Positions 9,695-18,900 of a stretch of 64,000 nt of DNA are shown here, in pieces. The notes under the pieces are model-generated. The model saw only the letters and a program-made list of their open reading frames with translations. It ran no database searches and was not told the origin of the DNA. How positions within the stretch are numbered: position 1 is the first letter of the stretch; each line of letters begins with the position of its first letter. Location: assembly GCA_009886115.1 (NCBI GenBank), contig VFJJ01000023.1:1342-65341 (forward strand), given 5' to 3'. Both the position numbers and the translations under genes were made by a program. The stretch is from Actinomycetota bacterium. Lineage in GTDB: Bacteria > Actinomycetota > Acidimicrobiia > IMCC26256 > VFJJ01.

Positions 9695-10519
9695 ATGCCC
9701 GACATGACGCCAGGTGTGGCGAGCGCCCTCTCGCCGCTCGTGCGCCGGATCGTCGCGAACAATCCGGGGTACATGACCGGACCCGGGACGAACACGTACC
9801 TGGTCGGCATCGACGAGGTCGCGGTGATCGACCCCGGGCCCGAGGATGTCGCCCACGTCGAAGCCATCATCGGGGCGTCCATGCGCGAGCGCGTCCGCTG
9901 GGTGCTGCTCACCCACACCCATCCCGACCACTGGCCGGCCGCTCGCTACCTGGCCGACCAGACCGGCGCCGAGATCCTCATGTTCCCGGTCAAGGGCATC
10001 GACCTCGAGCCCCACGGCTGGCTCGAGAACGGCCAGATCATCGAGGGCACCGAGTTCGGCCTCGAGGTGATCCACACGCCGGGGCACGCGTCGAACCACG
10101 TCTGCTTCTTCCTCGAGGAGGAGCGCGCCTACGTGACGGGCGACCACATCATGAACGGATCGACGGTGGTCATCCCCCCGCCCGACGGGAACATGACGCA
10201 CTACCTCGAATCGTTGGAGCTGCTGAAGAAGCGGACCCGGCTCACCCGCATCTACCCCGGACACGGCGAGGTCATCGACGACGCCAAGGGCAAGATCCAG
10301 GAGTACATCGAGCACCGGCTCATGCGGGAGGGCCAGATCGTCGACCTGCTCGCCGAGGGTCCCGCCAAGATCCCGGCGATCGTGGCTCGCCTGTACGAGG
10401 GTCTCAACGAGGCGATCGTCCCCCGAGCCGAGCAGACGGTGCTGGCCCATCTCCTCAAGCTCAAGCGCGACGGTCGGGTGGTCGGCCGGGACGAGCGCAG
10501 CACCTGGAAGACCGCCTGA
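9695..10519 (+). CDS. MBL-fold metallo-hydrolase
   Basis: LLTHTHPDHWPAA (HxHxDH motif) and HTPGHASNH. ATG at 9695. Confidence 0.85.
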   Translation: MPDMTPGVASALSPLVRRIVANNPGYMTGPGTNTYLVGIDEVAVIDPGPEDVAHVEAIIGASMRERVRWVLLTHTHPDHWPAARYLADQTGAEILMFPVKGIDLEPHGWLENGQIIEGTEFGLEVIHTPGHASNHVCFFLEEERAYVTGDHIMNGSTVVIPPPDGNMTHYLESLELLKKRTRLTRIYPGHGEVIDDAKGKIQEYIEHRLMREGQIVDLLAEGPAKIPAIVARLYEGLNEAIVPRAEQTVLAHLLKLKRDGRVVGRDERSTWKTA

Positions 10520-10553
10520 CAGCTTCTACCATTTCCGATGGTAGACTCCCACC

Positions 10554-10799
10554 ATGGAAACGACCATTGATCGCGCTGGCCGTGTGGTGATCCCTCGAGC
10601 ACTGCGGGAGGCGATCGGGCTCGCCGACGGCGGCCGGGTGGAGGTCGTCGAGATCGACGGGCGCATCGTCATCAGCCCGCAGCCGGTGGCGAAACGGCTC
10701 GTCGACGCAGGGGGCGTCGTCGTGTGCGTCCCCGATGAGCCGGTGCCGGTGCTCACTGCCGATGCCGTTCGCGCTCTGCTCGTTGCCACCCGGCGGTGA
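10554..10799 (+). CDS. vapB: AbrB/SpoVT-type antitoxin (VapB-like)
   Basis: METTIDRAGRVVIPRALREAIGL swapped-hairpin motif. GTGA overlap with the downstream PIN gene. Confidence 0.8.
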   Translation: METTIDRAGRVVIPRALREAIGLADGGRVEVVEIDGRIVISPQPVAKRLVDAGGVVVCVPDEPVPVLTADAVRALLVATRR

Positions 10800-11215
10800 T
10801 CCGTGCGCTCGATACGAGCGTGATGGTCGCTGCGTTCGCCAGCTGGCACGCCGATCACGAGCTCGCCCGGTCAGCCCTCGCCGAGGAACCCCTCCTCATC
10901 GGACACGCACTCTTGGAGACCTACTCGGTGCTGACCCGACTGCCCGAACCCCAGCGGGCCGAGCCCCAGCTCGTCACCGAGTTCCTCGAACGAAACTTCC
11001 GCCGCGCACCGCTCGTGCTCGACGCCCCCGCGCACAAGGCGCTCCCGCAGCGCTTGGCCGGGCTGGGCATCAGCGGCGGAGCAGCCTACGACGGGCTCAT
11101 CGCGCTGACCGCGCTCGACAACGACGCCGTGCTCGTGACCCTCGACCAGCGGGCCGCTGCAACCTACGAGCGGTGCGGGCTGGACTACGAGCTCCTGGTG
11201 AGCACTCGGCCCTGA
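10796..11215 (+). CDS. vapC: PIN-domain ribonuclease toxin (VapC-like)
   Basis: N-terminal LDTSVMVA acidic motif and C-terminal AYDGLIALTA...LVTLDQRA, typical of a PIN domain. Confidence 0.8.
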   Translation: MIRALDTSVMVAAFASWHADHELARSALAEEPLLIGHALLETYSVLTRLPEPQRAEPQLVTEFLERNFRRAPLVLDAPAHKALPQRLAGLGISGGAAYDGLIALTALDNDAVLVTLDQRAAATYERCGLDYELLVSTRP

Positions 11216-11224
11216 CCGGAGGGA

Positions 11225-13018
11225 TCAAGGGAGCACCACGATGCAGTCGGAGGTCCCGGGGTCGCTCGGGGGGCGCAGCCGCGATGGGAGGCGCTCGACC
11301 TCGAGCGGTGGCTTGGACGGATCCTGCAGGACGTCGATCAGCAGCTCGCACCGTGCCGCGCCGACCGTCCGCTCGAAGAGGTGCGGCTCCGGAGAACCAT
11401 CGAGCACCACGAGCACATCCTGCGTGACGAAACCCTGATCATCGAGCAGGCTCCGAACGGCGTCGCCAGCTCGCTGGTTCGGCGCCCAGACGGCAACGAC
11501 GATGTCGTCCGACACCCGCCCGCCAGCAAGCGCCACCGTCGTCGTGGTCGTCGCCTCCGTCGTGGTCGTCGCCTCCGTCGTGGTCGTCGTGGTCGTCGTG
11601 GTCGTCGTGGGTGGCGTGGTGACGGCAGGGTCGTCAGCGTCAACCGGAGCGGGAGCGGGAGCGGGCTCCACGGCGGCATCGGGTTCGCTGCCCGCCCCCG
11701 CATCCGCACCGGGGCCTGCGCCAGCGCCGGCGACCTCATCGGCGGCGTCGCCTCCGCCACCGCCGCCAGCGCTCAGGCTCACAGCGATGCCGGCCACGGC
11801 CAGCACGGCGACCACGCTGGCGATGCGGGTGTGCACGGCCCGCCAGCCTCCGCCGCTGCCCCGGCGATGCCGCCGGGAATCGCTCGCGTCCAACGACCCC
11901 ACCGGCACGGATACCGGACCGGCGGGCGCCGGGACCGATCGATGGGGAGAGTCGGCCGAGATGACATCGTATGTCACTCCGCCGATCGCCGAGGGGGCAC
12001 CGCCGATTTCAGCCGGGATCGGCAGGTCGGGAACGGAGACCGCGGGTGTGGGGGGCGGGGAGTCGACGAACACGACCCGGGTCTGGCCAGGGGTCGATGT
12101 GGTAGCCGCCGGTCGATCGGTCGGCAGCCCCTCGTTCTCGAGCAGCAGCTCCGTGGGAGCCACCCCAGCGGCGCTCTGGGCCTCCTGGAGACTCCGTCCC
12201 AGACCGGCCGCGGACGACGGGCGATCCGCTGGGTCCTTGGCCATCGCCCGCTCGATCACTCCGCAGATTGCGTCGGGCACCCCCCGAACGCGCAGGTCGG
12301 GGACGGGCTCGGTGGCCACGCGGCTCATCACCGGCAGGATCGACTCGTCGGTGTCACGCACGAACGCGGGACGTCCCGACACCAGCTCGAACAACGTCGA
12401 GGCCAGCGAGTACACGTCGGACGTCACCGAGGCCCGTTCGCCGGCGAGGATCTCAGGCGGCGCGTGGGCCACGCTGGCGGTGATGATCCCGCTGCGGGTC
12501 TGTTGGCCCGTGTCGCCCATCCTGGCGATCCCGAAGTCGGCGAGCTGCGGCTCTCCGAACGCCGAGACCAGGACGTTCGAGGGCTTCACGTCGCGGTGGA
12601 TCATCCCCCGCCGATGCGCGGCCTCGAGCGCGGCGGCCATCTTCACGCCGATCGCCGCCATCTCGGCCCACGGACGGGCCCCGTCGCGGACGACCCGGTC
12701 CTCCAGCGACCCGCCAGGAGCGAAGGCCATCACGAGGTAGGGCTGGCCGCCTGGGGTGAAGCCGGCCTCGTGGAGGGTCACGATGTTCGGATGGTGCGAG
12801 AGCGCGCCCATCGCCTGGCACTCGCGCACGAACCGGGCCTGGGCCAGGTCGTCGAGCACGCCGAGGGCCAGCACTTTCACCGCCACCGTCCGCCGGTAGG
12901 CCGGCTGCTCGGCCCGGTACACGACCGCGAAGCCCCCGCGGCCGATCTCGACCGCGCCTTCGATCCCCGGAACACCCAGATCGGCCGTCATCGCCGCACA
13001 CGGTACGCCACCGCACAC
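11225..13018 (-). CDS. Ser/Thr protein kinase with poly-Thr linker and C-terminal extracytoplasmic domain
   Basis: Hanks motifs GRGGFAVVY, VAVK, HRDVKPSN, DFG and APE, plus one TM segment. The start may instead be the ATG at 12991. Confidence 0.85.
   Translation of the reverse strand: MCGGVPCAAMTADLGVPGIEGAVEIGRGGFAVVYRAEQPAYRRTVAVKVLALGVLDDLAQARFVRECQAMGALSHHPNIVTLHEAGFTPGGQPYLVMAFAPGGSLEDRVVRDGARPWAEMAAIGVKMAAALEAAHRRGMIHRDVKPSNVLVSAFGEPQLADFGIARMGDTGQQTRSGIITASVAHAPPEILAGERASVTSDVYSLASTLFELVSGRPAFVRDTDESILPVMSRVATEPVPDLRVRGVPDAICGVIERAMAKDPADRPSSAAGLGRSLQEAQSAAGVAPTELLLENEGLPTDRPAATTSTPGQTRVVFVDSPPPTPAVSVPDLPIPAEIGGAPSAIGGVTYDVISADSPHRSVPAPAGPVSVPVGSLDASDSRRHRRGSGGGWRAVHTRIASVVAVLAVAGIAVSLSAGGGGGGDAADEVAGAGAGPGADAGAGSEPDAAVEPAPAPAPVDADDPAVTTPPTTTTTTTTTTTEATTTTEATTTTTVALAGGRVSDDIVVAVWAPNQRAGDAVRSLLDDQGFVTQDVLVVLDGSPEPHLFERTVGAARCELLIDVLQDPSKPPLEVERLPSRLRPPSDPGTSDCIVVLP
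11541..11603. repeat. 18-bp x2 plus 9-bp x3 tandem repeat inside the kinase linker
   Basis: gtcgtggtcgtcgcctcc twice, then gtcgtggtc units. Encodes the TTTTTEATTTTEATTTT tract on the minus strand. Confidence 0.85.
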
Positions 13019-13087
13019 CAGGCCCGTGACCAGACTGCGTCGACCGAATGCTCGCCGGGGCGCCGAGGCCAGCTCGCCCTTCCCAAG

Positions 13088-13095
13088 TTACGTAA
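13088..13095. promoter_or_regulatory. 8-bp palindrome TTACGTAA in a locally AT-richer patch between the kinase and tetR; possible TetR operator core
   Basis: Perfect palindrome read directly. It abuts or overlaps the candidate tetR ATG (13095). Confidence 0.25.
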
Positions 13096-13748
13096 TGGTT
13101 GTTATCCTGTTGGTCGTGGTCGCCCCCGTCATCCCCCGCCGCGCTGCCTCGGTCACCCGGGCGCTGCTCGTCGAGGCCGCCGCCGAGGTGTTCGCCGAGT
13201 ACGGCTACGACGGTACCCGGGTCCAGGAGATCGCCCGCCGTGCCGGGCTCACCACGGGGGCCATCTACGCCAACTTCGATGGCAAGGCCGACCTTCTGCT
13301 CGAGGCCATCGACACCCTTGGGCCGCACGAGCTCGACGCACTCCTGTTCGCCGCGGCGAGCGGCAGCACCACCGAGGTGCTGGTCTCGCTCGGGGTCGAG
13401 CTGCAGCGCCGCTGCGACCGGCCCGGCGGCGGCACGCTCTTGTTCGAGGCGCTGGGAGCGGCCCGGCGCGATCTCGACGTCGCCCGGCGCCTCCAGGCCC
13501 ATTTCCGTCAACGAGCCGAGCGGGTGGCCCAGCTCCTGCGCGACGGGCAGGTCGCCGGCGAGGTCGATCCGGCGATCGACGTGGATGCCGCCGTTCGTTT
13601 CTGCCTGTCGCTGGCCCTGGGGTTCCTGGCCTGCGACATCCTCGAGGTCGCTCCGGTCGGCTCGGAGGGCTGGGAGCCCTTCGTGCACCGTCTGGCCCTG
13701 GCCTTCGCCCCACGAAACCCCCCATGGAGAGCCCATGACACTCGATGA
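13095..13748 (+). CDS. TetR-family transcriptional regulator
   Basis: HTH region TRALLVEAAAEVFAEYGYDGTRVQEIARRAGLTTGAIYANF. Start is uncertain (ATG 13095, or TTG/GTG at 13110/13116). The 3' end overlaps the next gene by 14 nt. Confidence 0.8.
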   Translation: MVVILLVVVAPVIPRRAASVTRALLVEAAAEVFAEYGYDGTRVQEIARRAGLTTGAIYANFDGKADLLLEAIDTLGPHELDALLFAAASGSTTEVLVSLGVELQRRCDRPGGGTLLFEALGAARRDLDVARRLQAHFRQRAERVAQLLRDGQVAGEVDPAIDVDAAVRFCLSLALGFLACDILEVAPVGSEGWEPFVHRLALAFAPRNPPWRAHDTR

Positions 13749-14895
13749 GACGATCCTCGGCCGCCGCAGCCTCGACGACGTCGAGGGCATCCTGGCCGTG
13801 ACCAACACCGACACCGACTCGGTGGCGCACGTCACCCCCAACGGCGCCGACACCGTGTTCACGTGGGACTACTCCCGCAGTCGCCCTGCGCTCGGCAGGC
13901 TCTACGAGAAGGCCAAGGCGTCGCAGTGGAACGCCGAGACCGACCTCGACTGGTCGATCGACGTCGATCCCGACAAGGTCGCCCACGAGATGACCGCGAC
14001 CGATCCCAACATCGCGTACCTGCGCTCGCTCCCCAAGGGCCTGAGCAACCCGATGAGCTCCTGGGGCGACTCCGAGTGGGAGACCCTCGTCGGGGAGTTC
14101 AACCGCTGGCGGCTGTCGCAGTTCCTCCACGGCGAGCAGGGCGCGCTCGTCTGCACGGCCAAGATCGTCGAGACCGTCCCCTGGATCGACGCCAAGTACT
14201 ACGCATCCACCCAGGTGATGGACGAGGCCCGCCACGTGGAGGTCTTCGCCAGGTACCTCGACACAAAGCTGGGCGGCGAGTACCCCGTCAACGCCCACCT
14301 GCGGATGCTCCTCGACGACATCATCGCCGACTCCCGCTGGGACATGACCTACCTGGGCATGCAGATCATGGTCGAGGGCCTGGCCCTGGCCGCGTTCGGG
14401 TTCATGCACATGATCACGACCGACGAGCTGTTGAAGAAGCTGCTGCGCTACGTCATGAGCGACGAGGCCCGCCACGTCGCCTTCGGCGTGCTGTCGCTGC
14501 AGGAGGCGTACAGCCAGATGACTTCGGCCGAGCTGCGCGACCGCCAGGAGTTCGCCTACGAGGCTGCGGTGCGCATGCGCGACCGGTTCCTCGCCCAGGA
14601 GGTCTGGGAGCGCATGGGAGTCGACGTGCGCCGCGTGATCCAGCTCATCCTCGAGAACCCCCGTCCCGAGGCCGATCTCTTCCGGCAGTTGCTCTTCGCC
14701 AAGATCGTTCCCAACTGCAAGAAGCTCGGGCTCCTCGACGCCGGGGCGACCAACGGCCACAAGGGTTGGCTGCGCGAGCGCTTCGAGGAGATGAACGTCA
14801 TCCAGTGGGAAGACCACGCCGATACCGGCGAGGAGTACGCCGACCTCGATGAGGTCGCGAAAGACCGGGCTGCGGCGTCGACTGCGGCGTCTTAA
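13735..14895 (+). CDS. ferritin-like diiron-carboxylate protein (AurF/PF11583-like), paralog 1
   Basis: Two ExxH motifs (MDEARHVEVF and SDEARHVAFG) plus the helices EQGALVCTAKIVE and MVEGLALAAF. ATG at 13735 within a longer shadow ORF. Confidence 0.7.
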   Translation: MTLDETILGRRSLDDVEGILAVTNTDTDSVAHVTPNGADTVFTWDYSRSRPALGRLYEKAKASQWNAETDLDWSIDVDPDKVAHEMTATDPNIAYLRSLPKGLSNPMSSWGDSEWETLVGEFNRWRLSQFLHGEQGALVCTAKIVETVPWIDAKYYASTQVMDEARHVEVFARYLDTKLGGEYPVNAHLRMLLDDIIADSRWDMTYLGMQIMVEGLALAAFGFMHMITTDELLKKLLRYVMSDEARHVAFGVLSLQEAYSQMTSAELRDRQEFAYEAAVRMRDRFLAQEVWERMGVDVRRVIQLILENPRPEADLFRQLLFAKIVPNCKKLGLLDAGATNGHKGWLRERFEEMNVIQWEDHADTGEEYADLDEVAKDRAAASTAAS

Positions 14896-14914
14896 CCATC
14901 GTCAGGAGCCTCAC

Positions 14915-16045
14915 ATGGCCGGATACGAAGGCATCATCGACCGGGAGCACCTCGACGACATCGAGGCGATCGTCCGCATCCGCAACGACGATCCCGACGC
15001 GCTCGACCACACGACGCCCAACAACGCCGACACCACCTTCACGTGGGACTACGAGCGCAGCCGGCCGGCCCTGGGCAAGCTCTACGAGCGGGCCAAGACC
15101 GCCCAGTGGAACGCCGAGACCGATCTCGACTGGTCGATCGACGTCGACGTCGAGAAGGTCATCGCCGAGGACATCACGGCCAACGTGCGCATCGACCCCC
15201 AGCGTGACCTGTCGGGCACGTGCTTCGCGTCCTGGGGCGACAAGGAGTGGACGACCTTCGGGATCGAGGCCCGCCGCTGGACGCTGTCGCAGTTCATGCA
15301 CGGCGAGCAGGGCGCGCTGGTCTGCACGGCCAAGATCGTCGAGACCGTCCCCTGGATCGACGCCAAGTACTACGCATCCACCCAGGTGATGGACGAGGCC
15401 CGCCACGTCGAGGTGTTCGCCAAGTACCTGCGCACCAAGATGGGCGGCGAGTACCCCGTCAACGCCCACCTGCGGATGCTGCTCGACGACATCGTCGCCG
15501 ACTCCCGCTGGGACATGACCTACCTGGGCATGCAGATCATGGTGGAAGGCCTGGCGCTGGCCGCGTTCGGCTTCATGCACCAGTTCACCCAGGAGCCGCT
15601 GCTCAAGAAGCTGTTGCGGTACGTCATGAGCGACGAAGCCCGCCACGTCGCCTTCGGTGTCCTGTCGCTGCAGGAGATCTACAAGGAGATGACCCTGGCC
15701 GAGATCCGCGAGCGCCAGGAGTTCGCTTTCGAGGCTGCGGTCCGCATGCGCGACCGGTTCCTCCAGCAGGAGGTGTGGGAGCGGATGGGCATCCCGCCCA
15801 AGGAGGCCATCGAGCTCATCCTCGTCGACGACGGCCGACGCGAGTTCCAGAAGATGCTGTTCTCGAAGATCGTCCCGAACTGCAAGAAGCTCGGCCTGCT
15901 CGACGCCGGCGACGCCTGGCTGCGGCGGCGTTTCGAGGAGATGGGCGTGATCCACTTCGAGGACTGGGTCGACACCGGCGCCGAGTACGAGCTCCTCGAC
16001 GAGGTCACGGCCGACCGCACCGCCGCCGAAGCCGCCGTCGCCTGA
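14915..16045 (+). CDS. ferritin-like diiron-carboxylate protein, paralog 2
   Basis: Same motifs as paralog 1. The central ~280 nt are nearly identical to paralog 1 at the DNA level. Confidence 0.7.
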   Translation: MAGYEGIIDREHLDDIEAIVRIRNDDPDALDHTTPNNADTTFTWDYERSRPALGKLYERAKTAQWNAETDLDWSIDVDVEKVIAEDITANVRIDPQRDLSGTCFASWGDKEWTTFGIEARRWTLSQFMHGEQGALVCTAKIVETVPWIDAKYYASTQVMDEARHVEVFAKYLRTKMGGEYPVNAHLRMLLDDIVADSRWDMTYLGMQIMVEGLALAAFGFMHQFTQEPLLKKLLRYVMSDEARHVAFGVLSLQEIYKEMTLAEIRERQEFAFEAAVRMRDRFLQQEVWERMGIPPKEAIELILVDDGRREFQKMLFSKIVPNCKKLGLLDAGDAWLRRRFEEMGVIHFEDWVDTGAEYELLDEVTADRTAAEAAVA

Positions 16046-16046
16046 G

Positions 16047-16283
16047 CCGGGTGCCGACGAAGCGACCGAGCAGCGCTCGGGCCTCCCCGGTGCTCACAGC
16101 GTCCTTCCCGAACACCGAGGGGTTCGACGAGATACGCACCAGGCCGAGCTCCGTGATCGGCGTCGTGGCCCAATGCTCGGTGTTCTCGAAAAATCGGTGG
16201 GCCGGCTCGAAGTGGACGTGCGACGGCCAGCACAGCGCCACCAACACGTTGACGTCGAGCAGGTCGGCAACCGTCGGGGCCAC
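16047..16283 (-). pseudogene. N-terminal half of a PIN-domain (VapC-family) toxin gene, inverted relative to its C-terminal half
   Basis: Minus-strand translation ...VADLLDVNVLVALCWPSHVHFEPAHRFFENTEHWATTPITELGLVRISSNPSVFGKDAVSTGEARALLGRFVGT. It then runs into the antisense of the upstream gene. Confidence 0.7.
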
Positions 16284-16502
16284 ACCTTCTGGCCCGACGA
16301 CCGGTCGACACTCCAGCCGCCCGAGCCCGGGATGTCGGCGTACGAGCCGATGACCCACCGCCAGGTGACCGACGCCCACCTCCTCCAGCTCACCCAGCGT
16401 CACGGTGGGGTGCTGGCCACCTTCGATCGCGAGGTCCACGAGCTGGCCGGCCACCAGGCAGGCACCCTCGTGAGGTTGATCGGTCGAGCACCTGGGAGCT
16501 GA
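16278..16502 (+). pseudogene. C-terminal half of the same PIN-domain toxin gene
   Basis: Plus-strand translation GHTFWPDDRSTLQ...THRQVTDAHLLQLTQRHGGVLATFDREVHEL. This is the typical second half of this VapC family. Confidence 0.7.
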
Positions 16503-16549
16503 CCCGGCTCTGACCCCAACTTCTGGCAGGTGCCCGGACCGGGCGCGGG

Positions 16550-17746
16550 CTACTCGGCTGCGAAGCGGGCGGTGATGAGGTCGAGCAGACGGGCGGAGCA
16601 GCCGGTCATGTCCATGGGCGGACAGAGCTCGGTGGCGATGCGGTCGGCGATGCGGCGGAACTCCCGGGCGGCCGCGGAGTCGGGGGCGTCGAGCACGACG
16701 GGACGGCCCGTGTCGCCCCCGGACGACACGCCGGGCTCGAGGGGGATCTCCCCGATGAGCGGAGCGCCGATCTCGGCAGCCAGCGCAGCGCCGCCGCCCG
16801 TGCCGAACAGCGAGTAGCTCGTGCCGTGCTCGCAGGTGAACGCCGACATGTTCTCGATGACACCGACGACCTTCAGGTACGACTTGCGGGCGATGTCGGC
16901 GGCCCGGGTCGCCACCTTCTGCGCCGCCAAGGCCGGGGTGGTGACGATGATCACCTCGGCCCGGGGCAGCAGCCGACCCAATCCCATCTGGATGTCGCCC
17001 GTCCCCGGCGGCATGTCGATGAGCAGATAGTCGAGATCGCCCCAACGCACGTCGGTGAGGAACTGCTCGACGGCCTTGGCCAGCATCAGGCCCCGCCACA
17101 TGAGCGCCGAGCCCTCGTCCTCGACGAGCAGGCCCATCGAGACGACCTTGATGGTGCCCCCCGGGCGGGGGAGGCCGAGATCGTCGTCGGCGAGGCCCGG
17201 TATCGCCACCAGGTTGGGATCGATCTTCTTGTCGGCCCCGCCCAGACGCCCCGAGACACCGAGCATGCGGGGCACCGAGAACCCGCCGATGTCGGCGTCG
17301 AGCACCCCGACCGTGCGGCCCTGGGCGGCCAGCGCCGCGGCCAGGTTGACCGTGACCGACGACTTGCCCACGCCGCCCTTGCCCGAGGCCACCGCGATGA
17401 TGCGGGTGGTCAGCGGCACCTCGGTGGTGGGAGCGTCGTCACGGGCTCGCCAACGGACCTTGGCCATGAGCTCGGACTTCTCGCCCGATGACATCTCGCC
17501 GAACTCGACCCGGCAGCCGGTGACGCCGGGCAACCCGGTGACCTTCGAGACGACGTCGTCACGGATCTGCACCCGCAGCGGGCATCCGGAGATCGTCAGG
17601 GCGACGGTGACCACGACGGCACCGTCGGCGGCGATCTCGACGCCGCGGATCATGCCCAGCTCGACGAGGTTGCCGCCGAGCTCGGGATCGACGACACCCT
17701 CGAGGATGCGCAGCACGTCGTGCTCGGTGGGGACGGGTTGGCTCAT
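16550..17746 (-). CDS. mrp: Mrp/ApbC/NBP35-family Fe-S cluster carrier ATPase
   Basis: N-terminal DUF59-like domain (VLRILEGVVDPELGGNLVELGM). Walker A ASGKGGVGKSS and the CxxC-like FTCEHG region. ATG at 17746. Confidence 0.85.
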   Translation of the reverse strand: MSQPVPTEHDVLRILEGVVDPELGGNLVELGMIRGVEIAADGAVVVTVALTISGCPLRVQIRDDVVSKVTGLPGVTGCRVEFGEMSSGEKSELMAKVRWRARDDAPTTEVPLTTRIIAVASGKGGVGKSSVTVNLAAALAAQGRTVGVLDADIGGFSVPRMLGVSGRLGGADKKIDPNLVAIPGLADDDLGLPRPGGTIKVVSMGLLVEDEGSALMWRGLMLAKAVEQFLTDVRWGDLDYLLIDMPPGTGDIQMGLGRLLPRAEVIIVTTPALAAQKVATRAADIARKSYLKVVGVIENMSAFTCEHGTSYSLFGTGGGAALAAEIGAPLIGEIPLEPGVSSGGDTGRPVVLDAPDSAAAREFRRIADRIATELCPPMDMTGCSARLLDLITARFAAE

Positions 17747-17791
17747 CAGGTCCCAAGGGTAGGTGACCGGGCAATAAAACCGGCGAGGACC

Positions 17792-17820
17792 TTGAAAATA
17801 AGCCCACAAGTCGTTACGGT
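17792..17820 (+). promoter_or_regulatory. candidate promoter TTGAAA-N17-TACGGT for the ArsR-like/IscA-like operon
   Basis: AT-richer patch in the divergent intergenic region. The -10 element ends 10 nt before the ATG at 17831, so the leader would be very short. Confidence 0.4.
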
Positions 17821-17830
17821 CAACCACGAG

Positions 17831-18544
17831 ATGGACGCATTGACCGTGCACAAGGTTCTCGGCGACGACACGCGGTACGCGATCTATCGCGAGCTGGGCC
17901 GGGCCACGTCGGCCCTGTCGGCCCAGGAGATCTCCGAGCGTCTCGATCTTCATCCCAACACCGTCCGGCCGCATCTCGAACGGATGCGCGAGGCCGAGAT
18001 CGTCACCGTCGAGGCGCTCCATCGCGGAACGCCGGGCCGGCCCCAACACCTCTACTCCCTCGCCCCCGGGTCCCCGGGCGCCAACGGGCTCGAGCCGCCG
18101 AGCCACACGCTCCTCGCCGGGATGCTCGCCGCGGTGGCCGAGCACGTCGGCGCCGACCGTCACGATGCGGCGGTGGTCGGCCGAGCCGTGGGGCGGTCCT
18201 CGGTCGCTCGCGAGACCGACCGGGCGCGAACCGCGTCGGTCCCCGTCACGTCGGCTGACGGGTGTCTCGACATGCTCGTCGGCCACCTCGACCGCCTGGG
18301 CTTCGAGCCCTCGACCGAGCGCCACGACGACCTCGCCCACATCGCGTTCCTGGCCTGTCCGTTCCGGGAGCTGGCCGAGGCCTACCCCGAGCTCGTCTGC
18401 AATCTTCACCGCGGAATCACCGAAGGCCTCGTCGAGAGCGCCGGCGGAGGAATGGTCGAGGAGTTCCGCACGTTGTACGACCGCGACCACTGCAGCGTCG
18501 TGGTGAGCTTCGACCAGCCCAGCGACTACCCTGCACCCGTCTGA
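17831..18544 (+). CDS. ArsR/SufR-like winged-helix transcriptional regulator
   Basis: HKVLGDDTRYAIYRELGRATSALSAQEISERLDLHPNTVRPHLERM HTH. C-terminal Cys/His region (FLACPFRELAE...VCNLHRG). Confidence 0.7.
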   Translation: MDALTVHKVLGDDTRYAIYRELGRATSALSAQEISERLDLHPNTVRPHLERMREAEIVTVEALHRGTPGRPQHLYSLAPGSPGANGLEPPSHTLLAGMLAAVAEHVGADRHDAAVVGRAVGRSSVARETDRARTASVPVTSADGCLDMLVGHLDRLGFEPSTERHDDLAHIAFLACPFRELAEAYPELVCNLHRGITEGLVESAGGGMVEEFRTLYDRDHCSVVVSFDQPSDYPAPV

Positions 18545-18565
18545 ACCATCCGGAGGAGACGCACC

Positions 18566-18886
18566 ATGATCACCCTGAGTGAACTCGCAGCCAGCAAGGT
18601 CAAGGAGCTCATCGCAGCCGAGGGCGACGACACGCTCGCCCTGCGGGTCGCGGTGCGGCCCGGTGGCTGTTCGGGGATGAGCTACGAGATGTTCTTCGAC
18701 GGCGACGTGGCGACCGACGACGTCGAGGCCATGTTCAACGGCGTGAAGGTCGTCGTCGACCAGGCCAGCGCCCCCTACCTCGACGGTGCGGTCCTGGAGT
18801 ACAAGGACGGCCTGATGGAGACCGGGTTCTCGATCAACAACCCGAACGTGAGCCGCACCTGCGGCTGCGGGCAGTCGTTCTCGTAA
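18566..18886 (+). CDS. HesB/IscA/ErpA-family iron-sulfur cluster insertion protein
   Basis: RPGGCSGMSY and a C-terminal CGCGQSF signature. Confidence 0.9.
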   Translation: MITLSELAASKVKELIAAEGDDTLALRVAVRPGGCSGMSYEMFFDGDVATDDVEAMFNGVKVVVDQASAPYLDGAVLEYKDGLMETGFSINNPNVSRTCGCGQSFS

Positions 18887-18900
18887 CCGCTCCACCATTC

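Noticed and set aside
16005-17099. 364-aa minus-strand ORF treated as one gene.
   Set aside because: It is a composite. The 5' part is a shadow of the mrp gene region, and only the last 80 or so codons (16283 downward) have PIN homology. See the split-PIN finding.
18566-18886. HesB/IscA-like gene as a candidate selenoprotein, since Sec-containing HesB-like proteins exist.
   Set aside because: The ORF is uninterrupted and the first conserved Cys is encoded by TGT. There is no in-frame TGA.
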